From: Bacteroidota bacterium
GTDB lineage: Bacteria; Bacteroidota; Bacteroidia; Bacteroidales; UBA10428
Reading direction: 5' to 3'
NCBI GenBank assembly: GCA_017860375.1
Contig: JAGDMB010000001.1
Span: forward strand, 1-32,941
DNA length: 32,941 nucleotides
In this document: one piece after another, positions 1-8,394 of the stretch
How positions within the stretch are numbered: the first letter of the stretch is position 1
How the letters are laid out: the number at the start of each line of letters is the position of its first letter
Made by a program: the position numbers and the translations under genes
The notes under the pieces: model-generated
Told to the model about the DNA's origin: nothing
Databases searched by the model: none
What the model saw: the letters and a program-made list of their open reading frames with translations, nothing else

Positions 1-80
1 TACGAGGAATAATAAATAGCATTTTTATCCCAACATTGTAACGGTTACAATCCGGGGTTTCTTTTTATTCTGCACCGGTG

Positions 81-189
81 TCCATTTTTCTTATGCCATC
101 TGCTCCGTTGCCCATTTTTCTTATGCCGTCTGTTCCGTTGCCCATTTTTCTTATGTTGTCTGCTCCGTTGTCCATTTTTTTATGCCGTT
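81..189. repeat. 30-bp direct tandem repeat, 3 full copies (81-110, 111-140, 141-170) plus a 19-nt partial copy with a 1-nt deletion (171-189). The unit is tccatttttcttatgccatctgctccgttg.
   Basis: Direct reading: the units differ at 2-4 positions each. There are no spacers between copies. The array lies in the intergenic region upstream of panC. Confidence 0.9.
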
Positions 190-251
190 TATTGGCAAAG
201 GGTTTTGTTTATCCAATCCACTAAAAAATTAGATTAAACGGCAAATCTCAT

Positions 252-259
252 TAGATTTG
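252..259 (+). promoter_or_regulatory. Candidate Bacteroidota sigma-A -7 element (TAgaTTTG) upstream of panC
   Basis: Exact match to the TAnnTTTG consensus, 37 nt upstream of the panC GTG start at 296. No clear -33 TTTG at the expected spacing. Confidence 0.3.
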
Positions 260-295
260 TGTCAGAATTTCTATTCTTAACCGGATTACAAAAAA

Positions 296-1141
296 GTGGA
301 AGTCTTTCATCACCGAAGGGAGATCAAATTACGCGTTGTATCGCTCAAAAAGGCGGGAAAATCGATTGGTTTTGTGCCCACCATGGGAGCGCTGCACGCT
401 GGCCATATTTCCCTCGTTCGTCATGCCAGGCAGCAGAATGATGTCATCGTGGTCAGCATATTTGTGAATCCCACACAATTTAATAACAAGGAAGACCTGG
501 TCAGGTACCCGCGAACGATTGATGCCGACCTCCTCCTGCTGGAAAAAGAAGGCTGCGATTTCGTGTTCATTCCCGATGAAATGGAAATGTATCCCGAACC
601 CGATCTGCGGGTCTTCAGCTTCGGCAACTTCGATAAAGTGATGGAGGGAAAGTTCCGGCCAGGACATTTCAACGGCGTGGCGCAGATCGTGACCAAGCTT
701 TTCGATACCGTAACTCCCGACCGGGCCTATTTCGGACAAAAAGATTTCCAGCAGCTGGCCATTATCCGAAAGCTTGCTTCGGACTGCAGATACCCGGTAG
801 AGATTGTGGCATGCCCCATTGTGCGTGAAGCCGATGGCCTTGCCATGAGCTCACGCAACACGCGGCTGACCCCCGAAGAACGGCAGCACGCGCCGCTTAT
901 CTACAAAACCCTGCTGAAAGCGCAGGAAACAGGTAGATCCGTATCGCCGGAAAGCCTAAAAAAGGCCGTCATTGATTCGATCAATGATGACCCTTTCCTG
1001 CAGGTCGAATATTTCGAGATCGTAGACGATAAGACCCTTCAGCCGGTCAAAAGCTGGGACAAGCCCGGTACAAAAATCGGGTGCATCGCCGTCCTTGCGG
1101 GAAAAATAAGACTGATTGATAATATAACTTTTAATTCGTAA
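296..1141 (+). CDS. panC: Pantoate--beta-alanine ligase (pantothenate synthetase)
   Basis: 281-aa ORF with a GTG start. It has the signature [15 protein letters not shown] (HxGH nucleotidyltransferase motif), FVNPTQF and FGQKDFQQ. Confidence 0.95.
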   Translation: MEVFHHRREIKLRVVSLKKAGKSIGFVPTMGALHAGHISLVRHARQQNDVIVVSIFVNPTQFNNKEDLVRYPRTIDADLLLLEKEGCDFVFIPDEMEMYPEPDLRVFSFGNFDKVMEGKFRPGHFNGVAQIVTKLFDTVTPDRAYFGQKDFQQLAIIRKLASDCRYPVEIVACPIVREADGLAMSSRNTRLTPEERQHAPLIYKTLLKAQETGRSVSPESLKKAVIDSINDDPFLQVEYFEIVDDKTLQPVKSWDKPGTKIGCIAVLAGKIRLIDNITFNS

Positions 1142-1152
1142 ATTTGGCCAAT

Positions 1153-1503
1153 ATGGTTATAGAAGTTTTAAAATCGAAAATACACCGGGTTAGCGTTACC
1201 GAGTCGAACCTGCAGTACATTGGCAGTATCACTATTGACGAAAACCTGATGGATGCTGCCAACCTGATTGAGAACGAGAAGGTGCAGGTCATTAATATCA
1301 ACAACGGCGAACGTTTTGAAACCTATGTGATCACCGGGAAAAGAGGATCGGGTATCATATGCCTCAACGGGCCTGCGGCCCGCAAGGTACAGGTTGGCGA
1401 CATCGTTATTGTATTGTCGTATGCCATGATGGAATTTGAAGAAGCAAAAAAATTCAAGCCGTCCATTATCTTCCCTGATCCTGGCACGAACAGGCTCCAG
1501 TGA
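1153..1503 (+). CDS. panD: Aspartate 1-decarboxylase
   Basis: N-terminus [16 protein letters not shown] with the self-processing region YIGSITID, typical of PanD. The ORF track starts at TTG 1144. ATG 1153 fits the usual PanD N-terminus better. Confidence 0.9.
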   Translation: MVIEVLKSKIHRVSVTESNLQYIGSITIDENLMDAANLIENEKVQVININNGERFETYVITGKRGSGIICLNGPAARKVQVGDIVIVLSYAMMEFEEAKKFKPSIIFPDPGTNRLQ

Positions 1504-1588
1504 TCATGCAACGGCAGGTTATTTTTTGCCGGTTCTCCTTTTCCCTCGATAGTTTTTCTGTTTATACGTACCCTACATCCCCTTTTTT

Positions 1589-2083
1589 ATGAACCGAATC
1601 GACTCTATCCAGTCCAAGATTCTGAACGAAAAAACATTGAGTTCCTGGCTTGCCCGGATGCATTTTAAAAAAAAGAAAATTGTTTTTACCAGCGGCTGTT
1701 TTGACATCCTCCACCCGGGCCAGATTGTGTATCTTTCCAAGGCTGCTGACAGCAGTGATGTGCTGATCATCGGACTGAATTCCGATGCCTCGGTGAGGAA
1801 GCTGAAAGGGGAAGGCAGACCTGTGGTGGACCAGGATTCCAGGGCACTGCTATTGGCCTCCCTTTGTTTTGTATCCGCTGTCGTGCTGTTTGAGGAAGAC
1901 ACTCCGCAAAGGCTGATTCAAATCATACAACCGGATGTTCTGGTAAAAGGCAGTGACTATATGCCCGAAGAGATTGTGGGATATGACATTGTGAAGGCCC
2001 GCGGCGGTGAGGTGCTGACCATTGACTTTGTGGAAGGATATTCCAGCTCATCGATACGCAGGAAGATAGCGGAGACCAAATAG
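1589..2083 (+). CDS. rfaE2: RfaE domain II-type nucleotidyltransferase (D-glycero-beta-D-manno-heptose 1-phosphate adenylyltransferase-like), with an atypical HPGQ motif
   Basis: 164 aa. FTSGCFDILHPGQIVYL resembles GCFDxLHxGH of the cytidylyltransferase superfamily, and a C-terminal EGYSSSSIRRKI motif is present. Confidence 0.8.
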   Translation: MNRIDSIQSKILNEKTLSSWLARMHFKKKKIVFTSGCFDILHPGQIVYLSKAADSSDVLIIGLNSDASVRKLKGEGRPVVDQDSRALLLASLCFVSAVVLFEEDTPQRLIQIIQPDVLVKGSDYMPEEIVGYDIVKARGGEVLTIDFVEGYSSSSIRRKIAETK

Positions 2084-2086
2084 AAA

Positions 2087-3457
2087 ATGGCCAAATCCAA
2101 AACTGTCTTCTTTTGCCGCAACTGCGGTGCCGAAGCCCCCAAGTGGCTTGGCAAATGCCCTGACTGCGGGGAATGGAACACGTATGTTGAAGAGGTGGTG
2201 CGGACAAAAGCTCCTGCCGAACATCACCGCGACTCCGAAAAGAACGCCAGGCCGGTTGCACTTTCCGAGATCTCCTCTTCGGAGGAAGAACGGATGGATA
2301 CCGGCATCGGGGAACTCAATCGTGTGCTGGGAGGAGGACTTGTTTACGGATCGGTGGTGCTGCTGGGAGGCGAACCCGGCATCGGGAAATCGACCCTTGC
2401 CCTGCAGATGGCCCTGAAACTCCCCAACGAGAAAGTTCTGTACGTTTCCGGTGAAGAAAGCAACCGCCAGATCAAGATCCGCGCCGAACGGATCGGACTT
2501 TCCAATGAAAACTGCCTTTTCCTCAGTGAAACATCCCTGGATGTCCTTTTCAGTCAGATAGGTCAGATTCACCCGTCCCTTGTCATCATCGATTCGGTGC
2601 AGACCCTGCAGGATGAATCCATCGAATCTTCTCCCGGCAGCATATCACAGGTAAGGGAATGTGCGGTAAAACTGCTCCGCTTTGCCAAAGAATCTTCCAC
2701 CCCGGTCATTCTGATCGGTCATATCACCAAGGACGGGACCCTTGCCGGGCCTAAGGTGCTCGAACACATTGTCGACACGGTCCTGCTGTTTGAAGGTGAT
2801 CATCATTACCTCTACCGAATTTTGCGCTCAACCAAGAACCGTTTCGGGACCACGGCAGAACTCGGGATTTTTGAGATGCAGCAGTCGGGACTGCGCGAAG
2901 TCATCAATCCATCCGAGATCCTCATCAATAAAAATAACGATGGACTCAGCGGTGTTGCCATCGGTGCCACCATCGACGGGGTGCGCCCTTTCCTTATAGA
3001 AGTGCAGGCGCTCGTAAGCACGGCGGCATATGGGATGCCCCAGCGTATTGCAACCGGTTATGATGTGCGCAGGCTCAATATGCTGTTGGCCGTACTCGAA
3101 AAAAGGGCCGGCTTCAAGCTGGCCACCCGTGATGTTTTTCTGAACATTGCCGGTGGTATACGGATATCGGATCCCGGCCTCGATCTTGCGGTAATAATTG
3201 CCGTATTGTCTTCAAATTTCGACCGGCCTGTAAAAAAGGATATTTGCATGAGTGCTGAAGTGGGTCTGTCAGGTGAGATCAGACCGGTGAACCGTATTGA
3301 GCAACGCATCCGTGAGGCGGAAAAGCTGGGATTCAAAACCATCCTGATCTCCTCGGGGTATGAGAACAAACTGGCTGAAGGTAAAAAGGGTATGTCCGTA
3401 ATTCAGGTGGCTAAGGTGGAGGAAGCACTGAAGTATTTGTTTAACACGGCACAATGA
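2087..3457 (+). CDS. radA: DNA repair protein RadA/Sms
   Basis: N-terminal zinc finger CRNCGAEAPKWLGKCPDCGEWNT, Walker A GEPGIGKST, the KNRFG motif (STKNRFGTT) and a Lon-like C-terminal domain. Confidence 0.95.
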   Translation: MAKSKTVFFCRNCGAEAPKWLGKCPDCGEWNTYVEEVVRTKAPAEHHRDSEKNARPVALSEISSSEEERMDTGIGELNRVLGGGLVYGSVVLLGGEPGIGKSTLALQMALKLPNEKVLYVSGEESNRQIKIRAERIGLSNENCLFLSETSLDVLFSQIGQIHPSLVIIDSVQTLQDESIESSPGSISQVRECAVKLLRFAKESSTPVILIGHITKDGTLAGPKVLEHIVDTVLLFEGDHHYLYRILRSTKNRFGTTAELGIFEMQQSGLREVINPSEILINKNNDGLSGVAIGATIDGVRPFLIEVQALVSTAAYGMPQRIATGYDVRRLNMLLAVLEKRAGFKLATRDVFLNIAGGIRISDPGLDLAVIIAVLSSNFDRPVKKDICMSAEVGLSGEIRPVNRIEQRIREAEKLGFKTILISSGYENKLAEGKKGMSVIQVAKVEEALKYLFNTAQ

Positions 3458-3468
3458 ACAAATCAAGC

Positions 3469-3546
3469 GTTTGAAAATTCAAAGATTTGAAGATTCAAAA
3501 GTTCCCAATCGCCTGCTTCAAACCTTCAAATCTTCAAACTTTTTTT
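3469..3546. terminator. Hairpin-rich TTTGAA/TTCAAA element between convergent radA and PBP1A. It is a likely rho-independent terminator for radA and may be bidirectional.
   Basis: tttgaagatt (3486-3495) is the exact reverse complement of aatcttcaaa (3529-3538). A run of 7 T follows at 3540-3546. Alternative registers are possible because the hexamers repeat. Confidence 0.5.
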
Positions 3547-3547
3547 C

Positions 3548-5911
3548 CTACCATTCATTCTCCCAGTAATATTTCCCGTCAGCGGATTTTTCGGCAGCTT
3601 CCTTGCAGTTCGTCAAAGGCGGCATATCATGGGGCATTTCAAAGACATCCTGTTCGGTGATCCCCAGGGTAGAATCAGCGTACACTCTTTTCATAAACAA
3701 TGCCCATATGGGAAGTGCCATCTCAGCGCCCTGCCCCATATTCATCACATCAAAATGTACGGAACGGTCTTCAGCCCCCACCCAGCATCCCCCTACCAGT
3801 TTCGGAGTGATGCCCATGAACCAGCCGTCGGAGTGATTCTGCGTGGTGCCCGTTTTTGCAGCGATCTGGGCTGTAAAATTGTAACGGTACCGCAGCCTCA
3901 CGGCCGTACCGAAATCTGCCACCCCCTCCATCAGATCAAGCATCAGGTAAGCGGTTTTTTCATTGATCGATTCCATACGTTCGGGTTTGAATTCGGTAAG
4001 GATATTGCCGTTTTTATCTTCAATCCGGATCACATATACAGGTTTTGTATGTTCTCCCCTGTTGGCAAAGGTGGCATAAGCGGACACCATTTCGGCCACG
4101 CTGATATCGGAGGTTCCGTAAATCATGGAAGGCACCGGATCGATGTAACTGGTAACTCCCATTTTGTGCGCGATGTCGGCAATGGGCTTTGGTTTAAAAC
4201 GGCTTACAAGAAAAGCAGAGATATTGTTTTCCGAAGTGGCCAGCCCCCATTTCAGGGTTTTCATCTTGTTCAGGTCTTCCGGTTTGCTGTTGCTTTTGGG
4301 GCTGTATATGGTATCGTTGTCATAAAAGATGACGGACGAATTGGGCACTTCATCACAGGGAGTGAATCCTTCCTGCATGGCCAGAATATAAAGAAAAGGC
4401 TTGAAAGTGGAACCGGTCTGCCGTTTGCCCTGGGTAACATGATCGTATTTCATATAATTAAAATTGATGCCCCCCACATACGCTTTCACCTGACCTGAAA
4501 TGGGATCCATGGCCATAAAACCCGTCTGCAAAAGGTGTTTATAATACCGGATGGAATCCAGCGGGGTCATGACGGTGTCGATATCACCGTGCCAGGAGAA
4601 TATCTTCATCGGAACCGGGGTTTTAAAGGACTTGTAAACGGCATCCCGGGTCGCCCCCTGGCTCAGCAACCATTTACCCCGGTCGGAGGTACGCATAGCC
4701 CTCCAGAGAATATCCTGAACCTGTTGTGGCGTAAGATCCGCTGAAAAAGGAGCGGTCTTTTTCCCCTTCTTCTCGGCAAAAAAAGCCGGCTGAAGTGATT
4801 TTCCAAGGTGTTCAGCAACCGCTTCTTCGGCATATTGTTGTATGCGGGTGTCAACAGGAGTGTAAATTTTCAGGCCGTCGGTGTAAAGATTGTAGGGATT
4901 GCCATCGGGTTTCTTGTTTTTATTGCACCAGCCGTACAATGCATTGGTGGTCCATTCCAGTGAGTCCTGCTGATAGGAGGCATATTCATTAAAATCCTTC
5001 CGTCGGGGTTCCTTGGCCATCATTATTCTTCGCAAAAACTCCCTGAAATAAGTTGCCAGTCCTTCGGTATGCGAAATTCGCTGGAAATCAAGGCTCAGCG
5101 GTAATTGTTTCAGGGAGTCGCTTACCTTTTCCTCCATAAAATCATACCGCTTCATCTGGTTCAGCACAATATTCCTGCGTTTCCTGGCCGATATTGCCTT
5201 TACGGAATCCACCGGATTGTACAGGGCCGGATTTTTAGCCATCCCGACCAGCAAAGCGGCCTGTTCGGTCTTCAATGAATCCGGCTGGGTATTGAAATAC
5301 ACGTAAGAAGCTGATTTGATTCCCACTGCCTGGTTGAGGTAGTCGAACTGGTTAAAATACATTGTAATGATCTCTTCTTTTGTATAGGCCCGTTCCAGCC
5401 TTACGGCTATGATCCATTCTTTTATCTTCTGCTTGATCCGTCCGATTTTTGTCCTTGGCGGCTCATGAAATAAAAGTTTTGCCAGCTGCTGTGTAATGGT
5501 GCTTCCGCCTCCCGAACTTCGCTGCTGCAGCAAAACCGTCTTAAAGGCCACCCGCGCAAGACCTTTGGCATCAATACCCGGATGCCGGTAAAAGCGGATA
5601 TCCTCTGTGGCGATGAGGGCATCCACCAGAGGCTGGGGAAGCTCATTGTAGTCCACAAAGGTCCTGTTCTGGTTTTTATAATAAAAAGAACCCAGCATTT
5701 TCCCGTCCGCAGAAATGACCTGCGAAGCCAGGTTTATCCTTGGATTTTCAAGTACATTGATGCTGGGCATGTATCCCAGTGCTCCCACGGCAGCCAACAG
5801 CAGCAGCAATGCCAAAAGGGCAAAGGGTGCACAGAAAATGATCCAGAAATACCGGTTGAACTTTTTACGGTCAATATTCAGCACCATATCGATTAAAGAT
5901 TGGAAATGCAA
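3548..5911 (-). CDS. mrcA: Penicillin-binding protein 1A (bifunctional glycosyltransferase/transpeptidase)
   Basis: 787 aa with an N-terminal TM helix. GT51 motifs are ATEDIRFYRHPGID and GGSTITQQ. Transpeptidase motifs are STFKP and KTGTT. Confidence 0.92.
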   Translation of the reverse strand: MHFQSLIDMVLNIDRKKFNRYFWIIFCAPFALLALLLLLAAVGALGYMPSINVLENPRINLASQVISADGKMLGSFYYKNQNRTFVDYNELPQPLVDALIATEDIRFYRHPGIDAKGLARVAFKTVLLQQRSSGGGSTITQQLAKLLFHEPPRTKIGRIKQKIKEWIIAVRLERAYTKEEIITMYFNQFDYLNQAVGIKSASYVYFNTQPDSLKTEQAALLVGMAKNPALYNPVDSVKAISARKRRNIVLNQMKRYDFMEEKVSDSLKQLPLSLDFQRISHTEGLATYFREFLRRIMMAKEPRRKDFNEYASYQQDSLEWTTNALYGWCNKNKKPDGNPYNLYTDGLKIYTPVDTRIQQYAEEAVAEHLGKSLQPAFFAEKKGKKTAPFSADLTPQQVQDILWRAMRTSDRGKWLLSQGATRDAVYKSFKTPVPMKIFSWHGDIDTVMTPLDSIRYYKHLLQTGFMAMDPISGQVKAYVGGINFNYMKYDHVTQGKRQTGSTFKPFLYILAMQEGFTPCDEVPNSSVIFYDNDTIYSPKSNSKPEDLNKMKTLKWGLATSENNISAFLVSRFKPKPIADIAHKMGVTSYIDPVPSMIYGTSDISVAEMVSAYATFANRGEHTKPVYVIRIEDKNGNILTEFKPERMESINEKTAYLMLDLMEGVADFGTAVRLRYRYNFTAQIAAKTGTTQNHSDGWFMGITPKLVGGCWVGAEDRSVHFDVMNMGQGAEMALPIWALFMKRVYADSTLGITEQDVFEMPHDMPPLTNCKEAAEKSADGKYYWENEW

Positions 5912-6064
5912 CTGTTTATTTTGAAATACGAAATGGCCGTATCCGCCGTTTTAACCAAATGAAAAAATAGACGATAGCGCGTAAAAGTAATAATTATTTG
6001 AATTAAAATTTTGATCTTAGTGCCATAATTGGTTTATTTGCACCTTTTTAATAAAGTTAACCTG

Positions 6065-8380
6065 ATGATTAACAATCTGGTAATAGTAGAATCCCCGGCC
6101 AAGGCCAAAACCATTGAAAAAATTCTTGGAAAGAACTTTCAGGTGAAATCGAGCATGGGACATATCCGTGACCTGTCAAAAAATGACCTGAGCATTGATA
6201 CAAAAAAGAATTTTGTCCCCCGGTATTCAGTACCTCCCGAAAAAAAGAAAGTGGTCAGTGAGCTCAAAAGCCTGGTGAAGAAATCAAAAGTTGTCTGGCT
6301 GGCGTCGGATGAAGACCGTGAAGGGGAAGCCATTGCCTGGCATCTTGCCGAGGAACTTGATCTCAAACCCGATAAAACCAGGCGCATTGTATTTCACGAA
6401 ATTACAAAAGACGCCATTGAGGAAGCCATTGAAAATCCCCGGGAGATCAACCAGGATCTGGTGAATGCCCAGCAGGCCAGACGTGTTCTCGACCGGCTTG
6501 TCGGCTATGAGCTTTCCCCTGTTTTATGGAAAAAGATTAAGCCTTCCTTATCTGCGGGGCGGGTTCAGTCCGTCGCGGTGAGGCTGATCGTCGATCGTGA
6601 ACGCGAGATCATCGGCTTTAAAAGTACTTCCGCCTTTAAAATATCCGCAATATTTGATGTCAAAGGCAACAAAGGCAAAAAATACGAGGTGAAGGCCGAA
6701 CTTACCGAAAAATTTACCGGGAAGAAACAAGCGCTTGATTTTCTGAATCTGTGCAAGTCTGCTGTTTTTACCGTCGAGAATGTGGTAAAGAAGCCGTCGC
6801 GGAAATCGCCTTCCCCGCCTTTCACCACCTCCACCCTGCAGCAGGAAGCCAGCCGCAAACTCGGTTTTTCGGTTGCGCAAACCATGGCTGTCGCCCAGCG
6901 TTTATACGAAGCCGGAAAGATCACCTATATGCGAACCGACAGCGTCAATCTGTCCAATGCAGCCTTGGATGCAGCAAGCGAGTTAATTTCCCGTGCCTTT
7001 GGTGAGAAATACGGTAACCGGAAAAACTATAAAACAAAAAGCAAGGGTGCCCAGGAAGCGCACGAAGCCATACGTCCCACCGGTCTTGATCACGAAACCA
7101 TTGCCGGCACTGCAGCCGAGAAAAGATTATACGAGCTGATCTGGAAACGGACCATTGCTTCGCAGATGAGCGATGCGCAGCTCGAAAAAACCACGGTGAC
7201 CATAGGAATTTCCAACGCCCGCGAAAAATTCATTGCCGAAGGGGAAGTGCTTAAATTCGACGGATTCCTGAAAGTCTATTTTGAATCCAGCGATGACGAA
7301 CCGGAAGAAGATTCGGCCGGACTTTTGCCTCCCATTGAAAAAGGGATGACCCTGATCTATGACAACATAGCCGCCACCGAACGCTTTACTCATTATCCTC
7401 CGCGGTACACCGAAGCCAGCCTCGTAAAGAAACTCGAAGAACTGGGCATCGGCAGGCCTTCCACTTACGCCCCTACCATCTCCACAATCCAGCAACGCGG
7501 ATATGTGCTGAAAGAAGATCGTCCCGGCCGCGAACGGAAGTTTTCCCTGCTTGTCCTTAAAAACAACACGATCCGCGAAGAAACAAAGACCGAGAACACG
7601 GGTGCCGAAAAGAACAAGCTTTTTCCCGATAATATCGGCATGATCGTCAATGATTTCCTGGTGGAATACTTCGGAAACATCCTTGATTTCAACTTCACTG
7701 CTTTTGTGGAAAAGGAATTCGATGAGATAGCAGCCGGCAAGCTTGTATGGCATAAGATGATCGCGAAATTCTACAAACCCTTCCATGAAAGGGTCACCAG
7801 CACCCTTGCAAAATCCGCTGTGAACAAAGGCGAGAGAAAGCTTGGCAGCGATCCCGAAACCGGTAAGCCGGTATTTGTGCGCATGGGACGTTTCGGTCCT
7901 GTGGTGCAGATCGGCGAGGTATCGGCACCGGAGAAACCGCGGTACGCCTCCCTCAGGAAAGGGCAAAACCTCGAATCGATCACCCTTGAAGAAGCACTGG
8001 AACTCTTTAAGCTTCCCCGGACCATCGGAAAATTTGAAGACAAGGATATGGTCGTCTCCATCGGAAGGTTTGGTCCTTACATCCTTCACAATTCTGCCTT
8101 TTATTCGCTGAACCGGAACACCGACGACCCTTATACTGTGGAAGCGGACAGAGCCATTGAGATCATCCGCGAAAAGCGGCTGAAAGACCAAACCAAAGTG
8201 CTCAAAACTTTTCCGGAAGATACGGAATTATCCATTCTAAACGGACGATGGGGCCCTTATATCAAATACAGGAAGGAGAATTATAAAATCCCCAAAACGA
8301 CCGATCCCGGTAAGATCACCTATAAGGAATGCCTTGCCCTGATCAGCAATCCGCCCGCCCGGAAGAAAGGGAAAAAATAA
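6065..8380 (+). CDS. topA: DNA topoisomerase I
   Basis: MINNLVIVESPAKAKTIEKILG Toprim start, an active-site tyrosine context ITYMRTDS, and three C-terminal GRFGPY-type repeats. The ORF track start at TTG 6029 adds 12 unlikely residues, so ATG 6065 is preferred. Confidence 0.93.
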   Translation: MINNLVIVESPAKAKTIEKILGKNFQVKSSMGHIRDLSKNDLSIDTKKNFVPRYSVPPEKKKVVSELKSLVKKSKVVWLASDEDREGEAIAWHLAEELDLKPDKTRRIVFHEITKDAIEEAIENPREINQDLVNAQQARRVLDRLVGYELSPVLWKKIKPSLSAGRVQSVAVRLIVDREREIIGFKSTSAFKISAIFDVKGNKGKKYEVKAELTEKFTGKKQALDFLNLCKSAVFTVENVVKKPSRKSPSPPFTTSTLQQEASRKLGFSVAQTMAVAQRLYEAGKITYMRTDSVNLSNAALDAASELISRAFGEKYGNRKNYKTKSKGAQEAHEAIRPTGLDHETIAGTAAEKRLYELIWKRTIASQMSDAQLEKTTVTIGISNAREKFIAEGEVLKFDGFLKVYFESSDDEPEEDSAGLLPPIEKGMTLIYDNIAATERFTHYPPRYTEASLVKKLEELGIGRPSTYAPTISTIQQRGYVLKEDRPGRERKFSLLVLKNNTIREETKTENTGAEKNKLFPDNIGMIVNDFLVEYFGNILDFNFTAFVEKEFDEIAAGKLVWHKMIAKFYKPFHERVTSTLAKSAVNKGERKLGSDPETGKPVFVRMGRFGPVVQIGEVSAPEKPRYASLRKGQNLESITLEEALELFKLPRTIGKFEDKDMVVSIGRFGPYILHNSAFYSLNRNTDDPYTVEADRAIEIIREKRLKDQTKVLKTFPEDTELSILNGRWGPYIKYRKENYKIPKTTDPGKITYKECLALISNPPARKKGKK

Positions 8381-8394
8381 CCAAACCCAAAAGG

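Noticed and set aside
81-189. Possible CRISPR array at the window start
   Set aside because: The 30-bp units are directly adjacent with no spacers and there are no cas genes in the window. This is a simple tandem repeat.
259-441. 60-aa ORF overlapping the panC 5' end in another frame
   Set aside because: It is displaced by the panC frame, which carries the [10 protein letters not shown] signature, and it has no features of its own.
3629-4498. 289-aa plus-strand ORF antisense to PBP1A. The same applies to 2048-2572, 20017-20487, 20566-21294, 21775-22185, 22381-22782 and 31833-32291, each antisense to a confident gene.
   Set aside because: Each is fully nested opposite a CDS with strong family motifs or a coherent domain structure. 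None has a signal, a motif or a plausible start context of its own.
7127-8191. 354-aa ORF on the minus strand, entirely inside topA
   Set aside because: It lies antisense to a gene with unambiguous topoisomerase I motifs. Its translation is low-complexity (rich in F, G, R and K) with no recognisable motif. Long stop-free antisense frames are a common by-product of codon usage.
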